DNA of 64,000 nt from the human T2T-CHM13v2.0 reference genome, Homo sapiens (GCF_009914755.1 NC_060936.1), one strand, 5' to 3'. Positions 26,059 through 40,201 are shown, counted from the first letter of the stretch. Made by a program: numbers and translations. The notes: generated by a model not told the origin, from the letters alone.

Positions 26059-27702
26059 TGTTATGGGATCTTTGGGGTATCGGTTTTCTGGCCTGAAACC
26101 TCAGGCTAGTGGTGCCTTTGCCCAAGTTTTGCTCAGGCCCACTGAGCTTGTTCTGCCCAATGGCAGGCTGCGCTTGGCTCACGCTACTGACCTGGATCCC
26201 ATGCCTGCCAAGGGCAAGTCAGGTGTGGAGCAGCAAGGATTGTGTGAGCAAGCATGGGGTCTGGCCACTGGCAGTCAGACATGCTGGCTGCTGCAGTGTG
26301 GCAGGCAGCTCTAGGTGCTGGCATGGGCGCCAGCTCTCTGCAAGGCTGCAGCTGGACCAGGCGAACCAGAAGCAGCTTCCTTGGTTGGCAGTGGGGAACA
26401 CAGTGGTGCCCAGAAGCCTGGAGATGCCAGGAACTGCAGGATCTCAAAGAAGAAGTAACAGCCTTGGCTTGGGGATCTTCCAGGCCTGGGGTCCCAGAAG
26501 GGCCACAGCTCTTCTCTCCTTCTTTTCTCCTGCAACATGGCGAGCAAAGGTCATGTTTCAGCCTTGTTTGTGTTACAGCTTTTTTAGCCCTGCCATTCGG
26601 CAGCCCTGAGTTCTTATCCTACGACTAGGAAGAATGAGGTACACAGACAAGTGGAGGGTGAGCAAGATGAAGAGGAGCTTTATTGAGCAATAGAACAGCT
26701 CACAGGAGACCTGCAGCAGGTAGCTCCTTTCTGCAGCCAGGGTGTCCCAATGAGTGTTTAGCTCCTAGCAGAGAGGAGACCCTGGAGTGGGAAGCTCTTC
26801 TCTGCAGGCAGGTTGTCCTGTCGTCTCTGCAACTCTCAGCAGAGAGGAGGCTGTGGAGTGGGTTGCTCCTCTCTGTAGGCAGGTTGGTCTGATGTTTGCA
26901 GCTTTCAGCAGAGAATAGGCCCTGGAGTGGGTTACTCCTCTTTGCAGCAGGTAGTCCCAACATCTCTGCAGGTCTCTGAAGCTCTCAGCAGAGAAGAGGC
27001 CCTAGAGTGGGTAGCTTCTCTCTGCTGTTGGTAATCCTGACGTCTCCTGCTATCAGCAGAGAGGGTAGCTCCTCTCTGCACCTGGTTGTCCGATCGTCTA
27101 CTCTGCCCTGGCTGAACTCAGGGCTTTTATGGGCCTCAGAGGGAAGGAATGCATGCCAGTTGGTCCATAGGTGGCCAAGGGTGGGCCCGGAAAAGGCACC
27201 ATAAGTCCCCACTCTGGTCAATGGTACTGGCAACCCAGCCCCCAGCCTTCAGGCCCTCCCTGGCCTGAAAGTGGGACCTTGCCAGGGACCTGCCCCCTTC
27301 TGCCCAGGAACCTGTCTGCCTCCTGCTGCCATTCATTACATGCAGGCTTGGCCCCGACTTTGCTCTGTGATTGGAGCAGGTGCCAACAGCAAGGAGAAGC
27401 CAGGCAGTGGGAGCAGGCACTTCCAAGACTTCCCGGGCCCCCAAGAATGTAGGGATACCTGAGTTTACAGCTGCAGTTTGGGCAGCTGCAGGTGTGCTAG
27501 TAGGGTGGAGGTTGGAGTGGGGATCCTGCCTGTTCCATGAAGTGGGAGGCCCAGGTCTACAGCCCTGGTTTGGGCAGCTGCAGCTATCCCTGGGAGTGTG
27601 GGGCTCCCACTAGCTCCATGGAGTGTGCAGCCCCAGCCATGCCTTCCTGCTGCAGCTGGTGTGATGGCAGTGGTAGGCGATCTGGAGTGGCTGCTGCCAT
27701 CA
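26059..27702 (-). mobile_element. MER52-family ERV1 solo LTR (~1.64 kb) inserted in an L2
   Basis: TG...CA termini (reverse begins TGATGGCAGC), 4-bp TSD TTAG at 26055-26058 and 27703-27706, reverse-strand AATAAA near 26680, internal cagcagagaggagaccctggagtgggtagctcctctctgc repeats, GC-rich. Confidence 0.9.
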
Positions 27703-28617
27703 TTAGGAGAGCAGCAGTCATAAAGGAAAAGAACTAGGACAGGTAGAAATTACCTGTCTAGGGGAGAGAAGGACAAAGGATGGAGCAGAGCCCTAAGTGA
27801 CATGGTAGGGAACAGAAAGATAGCCACAGCACAAGTAGGATAGTTGACTGGAAGCAGAGGAAAAACACCTCTTTTTTTAGGTCTCTGAATGGCAGATCAA
27901 GGTGGAAAAAGATGTAAGTTTGTAACAAAAGGGCAGGAGAAGCTGGGGAGTTCACCCAGTGGTTTTAAGTTATTCAGTGAACTAAAGGCAAGTTTATCTA
28001 CTGTTGAAGTCAGGCAGCGGGCTGAGGGAATGGTCTTCAGAGAGATAAAGATCTTGAATTTCATAGTCATTGAGTGTGATGGGTGAGGAAGCTGATCCAG
28101 GGAAAATATAAGGATTGAGGGCCACACTGAAATGTAAAAGTCATAAATTGGTTGGGGCACTAGGCTTCCTGGCTTTTGATCTTTCTTTAACTACACTTAG
28201 CTTTCTCAGTGTAGGAATGGAGTTGAAAATGCCAATAGAACATGTTATTTTATTGGGCAGGTGCAAGAGGAGAGCAGAGGCACGTGGAGGTGAGATTACT
28301 AGCAGGACAGCTGACAGCACCAAAGAGGCTGAGGTGGAAAGGAGCAGCTAAGAATCTATGCTGTAATAAAAAATGCCTCTCCTTTACTCTGAAAAACATC
28401 ACTACAGCGTAATATCTCCATTTTTTCTCAAGCTCCTGTTGAACATAAATTAGTCTATGCAATATGTTTTCTTTTTGAATTTAATCTAAAAATCCTTAAT
28501 AATGGTTAAATTCTATTGATTTACACTACATTATCAAGTACATTATTAATGTGCATTCCATTTTATATGGTTGAATTTAGTACATTTATAGTTTCTTATT
28601 TCTGATTTTTTAAATTA

Positions 28618-28917
<300 letters not shown>

Positions 28918-30172
28918 TAATTTTTGATATGTTTATGATCAGATATTGATAACCACATGCTGGTTACTGAAATAATTCTTATTCTAGTAAGTTAACATAC
29001 TTTATTTAGGCATTTGCACCTTTAATTTTGTGTCTCATATATTGATTCTATCATGTGACTACCTATATCTTATCACCCCTCATAGCCCCTATGACTCCTG
29101 CCTGTCAGCTGCAGTGATTGCTCTGCAATGCTAGCATCTTATCTGGTACTGAGTTATCATGTAAAAATGAGTAATAACACAACCAGTCTATTTCAACCTA
29201 ACTCAAACAGTTTTCTTTTCATCAATTTCCTCTCCAGCCCATGGTTTATAACTTTGTACTTAATAGTTTTTATCAAAATAAATGTGTTATTATGATGTGC
29301 TTGCATATTTGTCTCCTGTATAAGTGCAGGTTGGGTCTTATACAATAAGATTGAGTCTTGCTATGTTTTATTCTCAGTACTTTGCCCAGTGTTTAGTCCC
29401 CAACAAATGTTCAAAAAAAGTTTGTTAAATGCAGGAATGACTCATGATACATCTTCTAGAGATAGCCCTGGGCTGCAGTTCTAGTCCTGCCATTAACAGT
29501 GATTTCGAGGCCATTGATTTCAGTTATTTGTACAGTAAACATTTGTGAAGTGCCACCTTTGTATCAGCCATTGGGCTAGGTCCTGGGGTACAGAAGTAAA
29601 AGCCAGAGTTCCTGCTTTCAAGAGGGCCCACAGATTAGTGGGGGAGACAGACAATGACAGAAGCAATTACAGTACATGGTTGGGAAAAGAGGCCTGAGAA
29701 TTAAGCAGCACTCCATGGTTCTTCTAGCATTCTCTCACCATTTCTCTGAAGGTGATACACTTCTGATATCTTTTTAGAAGGGTTCACTAGTTCCCTCTAT
29801 GAAGTTAAGTTAGTGGGTGCTCTTATGGCCCATAATTACAAATTTTAATTGCTTTGGAAAATGATTGGAAAGTAATAGAATATCCTTAGAAAGATACACA
29901 CATGATCAGAGCATTTATGAAAGCATTTTCCGCTGATTAGGAAGACCTTTGGAAGACGAAGCAGAAAATAAGCCTTAGCTTTGGCAGTAGGCTCAGTAGG
30001 GTATAATTTATGGTTTTGCTCAGGGGGATGAAGAGAATGAGACAAATCCTAAAAGCCCTTGATGCAAAGACAAAGTAAGAGAGAAGTTAGAAAAAAAAAA
30101 AGTCAACTCAGTTTACAAGCTGCAGCTAAGTACAAGGCACTGGGCTGGACTCACTGGAGGAATCAGAGATGG

Positions 30173-30531
30173 TGTATTAGTCCATTTTGATACTGCTATA
30201 AAGAACTGCCCGAGACTGGGTAATTTATAAAGAAAAAAGGTTTAATTGACTCACAGTTCCACATGGCTGGGGAGGCCTCAAGAAACAATCATGGCAGAAG
30301 GGGAAGCAGGCATGTCTTACATGTGGCAGGAGAGAGAGAGAAAAAAAAGTGAGGGGGGAAGAGCTGCTTATAAAACCGTGACATCTCATGAGAACTCACT
30401 CACTATCACAAGAAGGGCATGAGGGAAACAGCCCCTATGATCCGATCACCTCCCACTAGATTCCTCCCTCAATGCCTAGGGATTATGATTCAAGATGAGA
30501 TTTGGGTGGGAACACAAAGCTAACCATATCA
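30173..30531 (-). mobile_element. MaLR solo LTR (THE1D/MSTA-like)
   Basis: tgtattagtcc...ccatatca termini; perfect 5-bp TSD GATGG (30168-30172, 30532-30536). Confidence 0.92.
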
Positions 30532-30874
30532 GATGGGAAAGACAGAGTCCTTGACCCAAAAAGGCTGACAGTCTAGAAGGAAGGGATGTGTCTTTTGCTT
30601 ACATACAAAGACAATGGTTTTGTGTTTAAAATGGATGATTGTTTTGCACAAAGATGGGGAGAATGAAGTGGGCCAGGTGACAAGACTTGCCCAAAGCCAC
30701 ACAGCTGGTAACTGTCATAGCCGAGTCGGGCAGACTCCAGAGCCTGTTGTTAACCATTGTCAGTATGTTAAGATGGCTCTGTTGAGCCTTTTCAGTCTGA
30801 AGATTCTTGCTCATTCAAATGGAGGGGCTAGATTAATATGTCCCTGAGAGAGAGTTAGAACCCGGATTTGTGAA

Positions 30875-31135
30875 GCAGTATGTGTAGTGGTTAGTGGACA
30901 GACTCTGGAGAGTCTAGTTGCCTGGCTCCAAATCCCAGCTCAGCTCTATTTTCTAGTCGTATAATCTTAGGCAACTTGTTTAATCTCAATGCTTTGATCT
31001 CTCTGTTTGTAAAATAAGAATGAAAATAGTACTTACTTTACAAGGTCATTGTGTGGATTAAATGAGTTAATCCATGTAAAACTCTTAGAACAGTGCCTGC
31101 CACAATGTAAGCAAAATAGTTAGTTACTATTACTC
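30875..31135 (+). mobile_element. MIR SINE
   Basis: caaatcccagctc, ttaggcaacttgtttaatctc, ttagaacagtgcctgccaca. Confidence 0.75.
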
Positions 31136-31342
31136 TCATTTAAGAGCTATCCGATTTCACTTGGAATGAGACCCTTACAAGTAGATTTAATTCCCTAAGG
31201 AGGGGCTGTAGCAGAAGAACAACACGAAGTGTAGAAGGAAGCCTCTGAGTATACTCATGAAAGAGGGCTGCAATAATGCAAGTGCAAGGAATGGCTGCAT
31301 ACATCGCTTTCAACCACGCATCTTCCCATTCCCATCTGTCCC

Positions 31343-31935
31343 TGTTACTTTAGTTATGTAACAAAGCACCCCAAACTTAGTGGCATAAAACAACCACCAT
31401 TTTATTAGGTCAAAGATTCTGTGGGTTACTTATTGGGAAGGGCATAGTGGAGTAAGTTATTTCTGCTCCAAGATACCTGGGACATGAGGTGGTTTGGCTG
31501 AGAAAACTAGAAAGTTGGGGATGATTCAACTGCTGGGGGCTGGAATTGCTGAAGGCTCATTTAGTCTGGTGCTTGATGCTGGTTGTCAGCCATCAGCTGT
31601 TGGTTGTTGGCTGGGGGCTGAGAACAGACTTGGGCCATGGTCTGGAACATAACTTGTGACCTCTCTCTGTGGCTGGTTGGGCCTCCTCACAACATGGTAG
31701 TAGGGTTTCAAGAGTGAGCCTCACAAGAGAACGAAGTAGATGCTCTATCACCATCCATGCCCTAGCCTTAAAATCACATAATGACTCTTCCTCAGTAGTG
31801 CAGAATCCACTCTGATTCAAGGTTGGACGTAGACTCTACTCCTTCACTGGAGGGCTTGAAGTCAACTTTTAAGAAGGGAATGTGGTTTGGGAACTATTGT
31901 TGCAGCCATTTGGGGAAAATGCCATCTACCATGAC
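31343..31935 (-). mobile_element. MLT1-family MaLR LTR (MLT1F/G-like)
   Basis: gtaacaaagcaccccaaacttagtggcataaaacaac; gggcctcctcacaacatgg; gttgcagccatttggggaaaat. Confidence 0.75.
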
Positions 31936-33584
31936 ATCCAATAAAACTAGGTATTTTCCTCCTCTGATCAGAGGCTGTTCTTAGGAACCTGCTTAGGCAA
32001 TTTTTTAGTGTGTTTAGACCCACACGGTAGAGGATAAACTAGGTGGATTCTCAAAGCAACCTTTGAAATAATCTATGCAGTTTTTCTGGGTACTGGATGG
32101 GACTTGCTTGCATGTACCCTATTGATGTGGAAGAGCTTCCACTTCACTTTTTTTAGCATGTAAAATCCTAGAGGATGGTGCTAGGCTATTTAATATCCAT
32201 TGGCAAATTTTATTACATTACTGTATGATCCTTGATTTCTTTGAAACAAGATTTCCCAAATGGTAGTAATGACAGTACTCTCTAAACTGTCATTTACAAG
32301 ATTCTACATATTCTGTAGTAGGTATTTACTAATTATTTAAAAATTAATTATACTAATATACTTCCTTTGGTTAAGTTGAGAGCTACAGACTTTCTTTCTT
32401 TTCTCTCTTTTTTTTTTTTTTTTTTTACAAACCAAGACATGTCTGAATAAATTTTATGGGCATCTATAATTACATCTTTCTTCTGTGAGACATTATCATT
32501 CTGTCCTCAAGTGAAGAGTATCCTTTGTATGTAAGTTCATGAGACATCCACTTAATATTCTTATAGTCTTTTGAAGACAATGCCAGATGACATCCATTCC
32601 ACACTACTTTTAAAACACAGCACTGACTTTGATTCCATCCACTTACTGTTCACTTCTAACTGTCAAATTTGGCTAAGGGAAAAAGAAAGCCCTTAAGAAA
32701 AGGCCAGGCTATTAATGTGCTCTTCAAAATGCTAAGAAAAGGCTAAGCTGTTTATAGCATTTCCAAAACTCTCATCTCTCAGAGATTTGCCAGCAAAGGT
32801 GTCAAGGTGAAATATGCTGTCCTTCATCAAGGAACCTGGAGCCTTTGTGTTATCCGTGCTCAAAGTAGCAGTTCCACTTTTGTTAGATGTGCAATTTGGG
32901 GGTATAATACTTGGATATAATTTAAACTGAGATATCATGATGAACCTGGTACTGTGTATTTACTGTGAACGTGATGAGAAGTATATGCACTCCTTGATAA
33001 ACCAAGTCTGGCCTCATTCTGGATACAACTGCACTTTCCTGAAGTTTAGTCATTTTGTGTATGTTCACAGCAGGTGAGAGACAGGGGAATCATTAGCAAA
33101 TCTGTTCATTGCTTTCTATTTTGCTGGAAATCAAGTTCAATGTTTAGTTTCCTTTCCTTCATTCAGTTTACCAAAAAGTTTCACCTTGGTTAGAAAACTA
33201 GACCTTTAGCAATGGAATTATATTTTCATCTTAGGAGGATGTTTAATTTTTGCCTCATAGAGCTGAGTCAATTGGCAAACCTTTGGAAAGTCTCCTGACA
33301 GATGTTTTTAAATTTAAATAAATAAAGAAGAAGCAGGTGTGAATTTACCCATTTCCCTTGTTGACTTTGGGCATTAGCCATTTGAGATTTTTGCATCTAT
33401 TCCACCTATATCTTAAGCTGCTAATGCCATTATGTCCTTTTCTCAACCACTTGTGGTAGCATAATATGTTAGGAAGAGCACTTAGCACACGTTCTAGTCC
33501 CAGTTTCGCCCTTGAGAACAAGTCATTAGTCCTGAAAGACCTCAGGTCAACTAGATTCGTCGAAGGTCTCTGAAGCAATGTATC

Positions 33585-33790
33585 TTGGTTGACAAAAACA
33601 TAGTTTGATTCTTGGTTCCGCCACCTATTGGTTGTATGACCTTGGACAAGTTATTTCCCTAGGCGTCACTTCCTTATCTATAAATTGGTGAAAGCTATTT
33701 CTCCGATAGGATTACATTAGAAGCAATATTTAACACATTTAGTATAGTGCCAGTACAATGCCAGTGGTAAGCATTCAATACATTGTGGTC
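33585..33790 (+). mobile_element. MIR SINE
   Basis: tgtatgaccttggacaagttattt core. Confidence 0.65.
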
Positions 33791-34002
33791 ATCTTTATTT
33801 TTCCAGCCTTAAAATAATGTGAAATGAATCATTTGTTCATTTGACCTTTAACAACTCCCTTCATTAGTAACTCTTACTTAGCCTATCTAAATGTTTGTAA
33901 ATTTCAAAGAGTAAATGACCATTTTAATATGTATCTTTTTTTGGTAAGTATTTGTGGCAGATAATATATATATTCTTGATATTATTTCTCAACCATCCTT
34001 TT

Positions 34003-34364
34003 TAAATTAAACTATTTATTTTGAGATAATTGTAGAGATTCACATGCAGTCACAAGAAATAATACAGTTACTGTGTATCCTTTACTCAGTTTCTTCCAAT
34101 GGTAACATCTTGCAAAACTGCTGCATATCACACCCAAATATTGACAGTGATACAATCAGGATAGAGAACATTTCCATCACAGCAAGGATCCCCTCTGTTG
34201 TCCTTTAGTAATTCCACCCCCTCCTTAACTCCTGGCAACCACCAATCTGTTCTCCATATTGGCAGTTTTGTCATTTCAAGAATGTTGCATAAAAGGAATT
34301 TTATAGTATGTAACATTTTGAGATTGGCCTTTTTCATTCAGCTAAATTCTGTGGAGAGCCATTA
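34003..34364 (-). mobile_element. L1MC-type 3' end fragment
   Basis: ttattttgagataattgtagagattcacatgcagt...ctggcaaccaccaatctgttctccat; TSD-like AACyATCCTTTT at 33991-34002 and 34365-34376. Confidence 0.8.
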
Positions 34365-35489
34365 AACTATCCTTTTGATGAACAAAAAAAAATTAAGAAT
34401 ATTATCACATTTTATTTTGGCAACAGAATTATCATTAGCCCAAAGTGCTTTGTGCGGTATCTAGCACACAGTAAATAGTGAATGTTCAGTGGCACTCAGC
34501 GAAAGTGCTCCTCTTCTGCCTACTACTACCCTTCCTCCTTTTTCCTCTTCTCTCCTTCCTACTACTTTTTTCTTGCCCTTTGCTTCTCTACATCATCTTA
34601 TTAATATTAACTGACAAAGGCTAATTGTTTGAGTTAGAAATACTAAAAAGAGTTAAATGAAATAATTTATGTGCAATTTCTTTGTAAGTTATAGATTTTA
34701 CTAGAGTTGCTATAAGAAATTGCCAGTTACTATTGGCTGCCTTATAAGAACAGTTTGCAGCTGCTAGTGATGTATACTGATGTGAATAAAGAAGTCAGCA
34801 TGAGCAGGATTTCTTTCCACTGGACCCACAAGGTCTGTCCTCTGGTTTGCTACTGCAGTGGGAGCTGCTAACAAAGCCTGTCATGCTTTGATTCTAGGCA
34901 ACGAAGTCCCAGGAACAAAATGCAGACTTTAGTTCATATTCTTTATAAAGCCTTTGTTCTAAAAAAGAGCCTCCCATTCCTAGTTGCTAGAAGTTAGGCC
35001 CAGTGAGCTCCTTCATAAAAAAGCATCAAGAAATGCCAAGTATTGTTAGGAGTCTGGCTTTTTCATTTCTATATCGCAGGTCAAAAACCCACAGGCAGAG
35101 TCCACAGAGCCCTTCAGGAGGGAACCCAGTTATAAGGTTGCCAGTAATACCATTTCTTGCTATAACTTTGCTGCTGAGATTCCAATCCCTGACGTTTAAA
35201 TGGAACTAAACCTTTACTGTAATGGAATTTCCCCCTTTTCAGAAATACAGTGAGGATAGAACAAGCTTGCCAGTGCATAAGTTGTAGTTGGGATAGAGTA
35301 GGTTCTGCTGTGCTAACAAATAAGCACCAAATCTCAGTGGCAATAAAGGGTTGTTTCTTTCTCATGCAAAGTCCAGTGAGAGTTGGGCGACTCTCCTTCA
35401 ACTTGTAACTGCTGTCTGCACTGCATGACCTCTAAGGAAACCACTGCAGGAGAAAAGAGGGGTAGAGGATTTTACAGGATATTTTTACA

Positions 35490-35625
35490 TAGAGTGACCA
35501 TACATCCCAGTTTGCCGGGCACAATCACAATTTACATGTGTCGAGTTACAGTTGTGATTCATAAATACATAAATTCCTTTTACTCTGTAAAAAATCCTAA
35601 TTTGGACAATAAATTAGGGTGAACA
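35490..35625. mobile_element. MER94-like hAT-Blackjack MITE inside an old MLT1 LTR (~35280-35760)
   Basis: agagtgaccatacatcccagtttgccgggcaca...tttggacaataaatta matches the MER94 pattern. Confidence 0.65.
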
Positions 35626-35896
35626 TTTCTAAGAGGCTGCCTGGAGTAGCTGTCAGAATTTTTGCTTATACCCTATCAGTCTCAATCTAACACACAAGGA
35701 TGTGATTAGAGCATTGTAAAGGTGCAAGTATATACTTTAGTGAACCTAATAATTTTTGGCACAATAGGCATTTGCAGGCATGCCATGAATTTTTAAATAG
35801 AAATAATTCAATAACTTCAACTACCAAAGCTCTTTGGAGCAAATGTGATACAAATATTATATTTTTATTGACTAAACCATTGCATTTCAGACATGT

Positions 35897-36382
35897 TGTG
35901 GTAGGTTGAACAATGGCGCTCCACAGTGGTCCACATCCTAACCCCCAGAATCTGTTACCTTATATGCCAAAAGGGACTTTGCAGATGTGATTAAGTTAAG
36001 GATGGGGAGAGGGGCAGATGATCCAGGTGATCTCTAAATGTCATCACAAGTATCCTTATGAGAGGGAGCTAGAGGGAGATTTGACACCAGAAGAGGAGAC
36101 GGCCATGTGATGACGGAAGCAGAGACAGGAGTGATGAGCCATGAAGGTGAAGAAAGGGGTGCAAGTCAAGAAATACAGGCAGCCTCTAGAAGCTGAAAAA
36201 GGCAAATAAATAGATTCTCCCCTTAGAGCCTCCAGAAGGAACCAGCCCGGCTGACACCTTGACTTTAGCCCAGGGAAATGATTTCAGATTTCCAACCTAC
36301 AGGGCTATAAGAGCATAAATTCATGTTGTAAGCCACTAAATTTGTGGTAAATTTGTTACAGCAGCAGTAAGAAATGAATACA
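35897..36382 (+). mobile_element. MLT1C/D MaLR solo LTR
   Basis: tgtggtagg...aaaagggactttgcagatgtgattaag...gagcctccagaaggaaccagccc...tttgttacagcagcagtaagaaatgaataca. Confidence 0.88.
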
Positions 36383-37126
36383 TAAGTACATTCTGAAGTT
36401 AAGCCTGTGGCTTCAAATTCCTTTTTCTAGTTAAGATAGATACTATTATCATCCTTTTTTTACATGTGAGAAACTGAGGCCTGAAGAGTTGCCCAAAGTC
36501 TCTCAGCTAGTTAGTGTCAGAGCCAGGATCCACACCTGGGCACTCCCCCAGCTCCCAACTATACTCTAAGCTCCTTCTCACCGTGTCTGTCAACCACTGG
36601 CAAGTCCAAGGTTCTGTATGAAATGCCCCTGCTCTGTGCAGCCTCTCCCTCTCCCACCTGACTCAGTTTCCTGCTCCTTCCCTTGGCTCAGTGCTCTCTG
36701 GACACCCATGCTTTTCTAGCTTCAACTTTTGGAAGTGTTATGGAAAGTTCTAGAGCTTCCATACAGAACTTCTCAAGTAAAGTTAGAATTCAGGTAGAAT
36801 TATTGAATTTCTTCATATTTAAGTTTACAGGAAGATATTATTTTTGAATCTAATTTTTACTCCTCTTTAATCTCTAGTTTTTCTTACATTCTAGAGCATG
36901 GAGTATTCCTAAGGGTAATCAAGTAATAGATTAATGTAAGTGATGCTGGAAATGTATTAGGCTTATTTTACCATGACCCAGAAAAGAAACATCTGGAAAT
37001 TTGGTATGAGTTCTTAGTTATTACTTTAAATCTCTCACAGCTTGTATTGGTTATATAGTAGTATGCATGTAGCCATATTGCTATTTGTTTATTGGTAGTA
37101 TAACCACTAAATTAAATCTTCATGCC

Positions 37127-37555
37127 TGTCGTGGCTCCTGCATTGAGCCACCCAAACCTCCCCTTCAGGATTGAAAACTTCGTTTTCTCAGCTCTGGGAA
37201 TGTGATGGCTGACAGCCCTCAACTCTCAACCCTCTCTAGCAACTTCTTTCAACTGAAGGACATGAACTCTTTCTGGAGGGAAGCCCACATCCAATTACTG
37301 GTTGATGTGGGAGTACAAAGACCCAACCCCACCACCACCACAATTCAGGACCACTCTGAAGGGCCACCCCAGCCTCAAAATTCCCCCATGGGGTTGGCAG
37401 AGCCCTTTACTGTGACTGCATTGCAGCCCAGCTTCTCCCTCTGCCTAACTGCTTCCTTCCCTTTCCCCATGGCTTGTGATCTCAAGGGTATTCCCTAATC
37501 CTAATAAACTTTCTGACAGCTAAGTTCCATGTCAGAGTCGGCTTCCCAACAATGA
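37127..37555 (+). mobile_element. LTR16-like ERVL LTR
   Basis: ctgacagccctcaact; ctaataaactttctg...tcagagtcggcttccc 3' motif; AATAAA at 37503-37508. Confidence 0.65.
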
Positions 37556-38638
37556 ACTCAAAAAATAGAAAATGAAGATCCCTGACTGGTGATGAATACA
37601 TAATCTCTATTTATTGGAATTAGAAGAGTCTAAAGGAACTAAGAAACATGCTTCCTGGCTTAAGGTTTCTCTTTAATGTAGAAGGAAGGAGAAACATACA
37701 CGTGTCACCCACTTAGGATTAAAAATACATTATACAACATGACCCATAGTTCAGTCACATTCTCTTTTGACCTCCATCATAACAGTTAATTTATGAACGA
37801 AATAAAACTCCATAAGCCAGACCCTGGTCTATATCCAGTCAATAAACTCAGGCTTCGTTTCTCACAGAAACTATTTTCTCAGAGTATAAAAATGAGGTCT
37901 TAGCAAAGTTTTAAAACCATTCCCTGAAAATAAAGGTAAAGATATAATTAATCACATCTAATCACAGAGAATGAGGAATAGACATTTAGTTTTTTAACAC
38001 ATTGAATGTAGCCATTTCTCTTAAATACTTCGTCCAGGAAACCACTTCCTTCCACTTTTCCTTCCAGCCCCCAGTTATGAGCCCTGAACCACTGGCCCTG
38101 AACTTGCATCAGGCCTCTACACCCTGTGCAGGTTATTGTAGAGTTGTTGGTTGTGTAACTCATGCTTCCTGCTCTAATTGGAGCTTTTGATAGTTTAGAG
38201 GGAGTGTTCCCTGTTTGGGACCCTTTATTAGCTCTTTACAGGTTGAAAAATTCTTTCCTGGGGAAAGAGAGCTGCTGTTCTTTCTACACAGTAGGGTGTC
38301 AGATTTCAAAGGCTTTTTTCTCTAGGCCTTGGAGTCTTGAGCAGTCAGAGTAAGTCTGAATATGTACGGCCTAAACTTTCACTATTTTCTTAAGGGTCTC
38401 CTTTGGTCGTATAGAATGGTTTTCTTAAATAGTTCCCTATAAAGAGCATATGCCCATGGTGGAGGTGATACTGTCAACTCTATCACTTTTCATCAAGTGG
38501 TGCCTTGGCTGAGCCTGGAATAGGGTATGAAGGGCTGTGCGTGCAGACTGGGTGCCAAGGAGGGAAAGGCACCAGTGACCCCAAAGGTATTCTGTAGCTG
38601 AGCACTGTCCTGGTTTGCATAATACCAGGTATGACAGT

Positions 38639-39363
38639 TGTGCAGCTTTTCCTGACACCAAGCAATTCTATGATTTTCTGACACCAACTGGGTGTCCAAT
38701 GATTCCATTCAATTCTGATACTAACTACCCAGAGTTTGCACAGACCCCACAGTTAAGGGCTCAGTCCTGTGAGACTTCCCTCACTTCAGATGCCAGCTGC
38801 AAATGGGGTTCCCAGAATGCCCACACTTCTGCCCAACTAGATATTTAGGAGTTGCCAGGACCCTCCCCTCAGATTCAGTAATATGATAGAACAGCTGACA
38901 GAACACAGGAAGTGCTTTATTTATGATAACCAATTTATAAAGGATACAGGAACCCCAGATAAAAGAGATGCATAGGGCAGAGCACAGGGAAGGGGCAAGA
39001 AGCAGCCATGCCCTCTCCCAGTGAGCCGCCCTCCCTCCCAGCACTCTCCTGGTGAGCTGCCCTCCCTCCCAGCACTCTCCTGGTGAGCTGCCCTCCCTCC
39101 CAGCACTCTCCTGGTGAGCTCCCCTCCCTCCCTGTGCTCTACTTGTGCACCATCCCGGAAGCTCCCCAGAACCCATCCTTATGCGTTTTTATGGAAGTTT
39201 TATTACATGGGTATGATTGATTAAATCATCAGCTATTGGTGATTGGGTTTAATCACTCCCCCTACCCCTTAGTATATAAAAGATGGTCAGTTCCAACTGT
39301 TTTAGGAGCTCTGTGCCAGGAACCCAGGACAAAGACCAAATGTTTATTTTTTATTGTACCACA
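38639..39363 (-). mobile_element. MER21-family LTR
   Basis: Reverse begins tgtggtacaataa...tttggtctttgtcctgggttcctggcacagagctcctaaaac; ctgacaccaactgggtgtcc...aattctgatactaactacccagag. Confidence 0.8.
39021..39140. repeat. 31-bp GC-rich minisatellite, ~3.8 copies (GTGAGCTGCCCTCCCTCCCAGCACTCTCCTG)
   Basis: Units start at 39021, 39052, 39083, 39114. Confidence 0.92.
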
Positions 39364-39856
39364 ACTCTAAACAATAAACATAACTTGAAATTGATTTTTA
39401 AACATATATTTCAGTGGCTGCAGTTTCCTGCAATATATCCTGTCTCATGGAGGTGCTTCTTATGCATTCCAATAAAGAGGCCACTGTTCAAAACATCCAC
39501 TTAGATGTGAGAAGGGAGACAGAACCCCTCATGTTGTTGAAATGTTTTGGATTTGGCTGAAATGTTTGGTTGTCTGTGCATGTGGGATGATGTGTCTAAG
39601 CAAGAACTGTCCTTTATTAATAGGTACATTCTGCTCTAGAGCTCAAGGAAATGCCAGGCACAGCTGTGGCTCTGTCGTTGTAAAGTGACAATGACAATGG
39701 TAGTGATGGTGATGGTGATTCAAGAATAATCTATTCTTCTATTCTTAGACAATGTAACATTTGAACCAATTCTCTGCACAAATGCTTTCTCTCCTACATC
39801 TTCTAATTTCCAATTTTCTTATTCTCTGCAAAATGCCTTTTACAATAATGTTATTT

Positions 39857-40155
<299 letters not shown>

Positions 40156-40201
40156 AAAATAATGTTATTTATTTAATATTTAATATTAAAAGATTTCTAC
40201 T

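Noticed and set aside
26063-27737. Cluster of overlapping 60-166-aa ORFs
   Set aside because: Expected from the high GC of the MER52 LTR; present on both strands with no recognisable protein.
33068-33080. Good donor CAG|GTGAGA as a hidden exon end
   Set aside because: No convincing upstream acceptor, and the flanking exons already join in frame.
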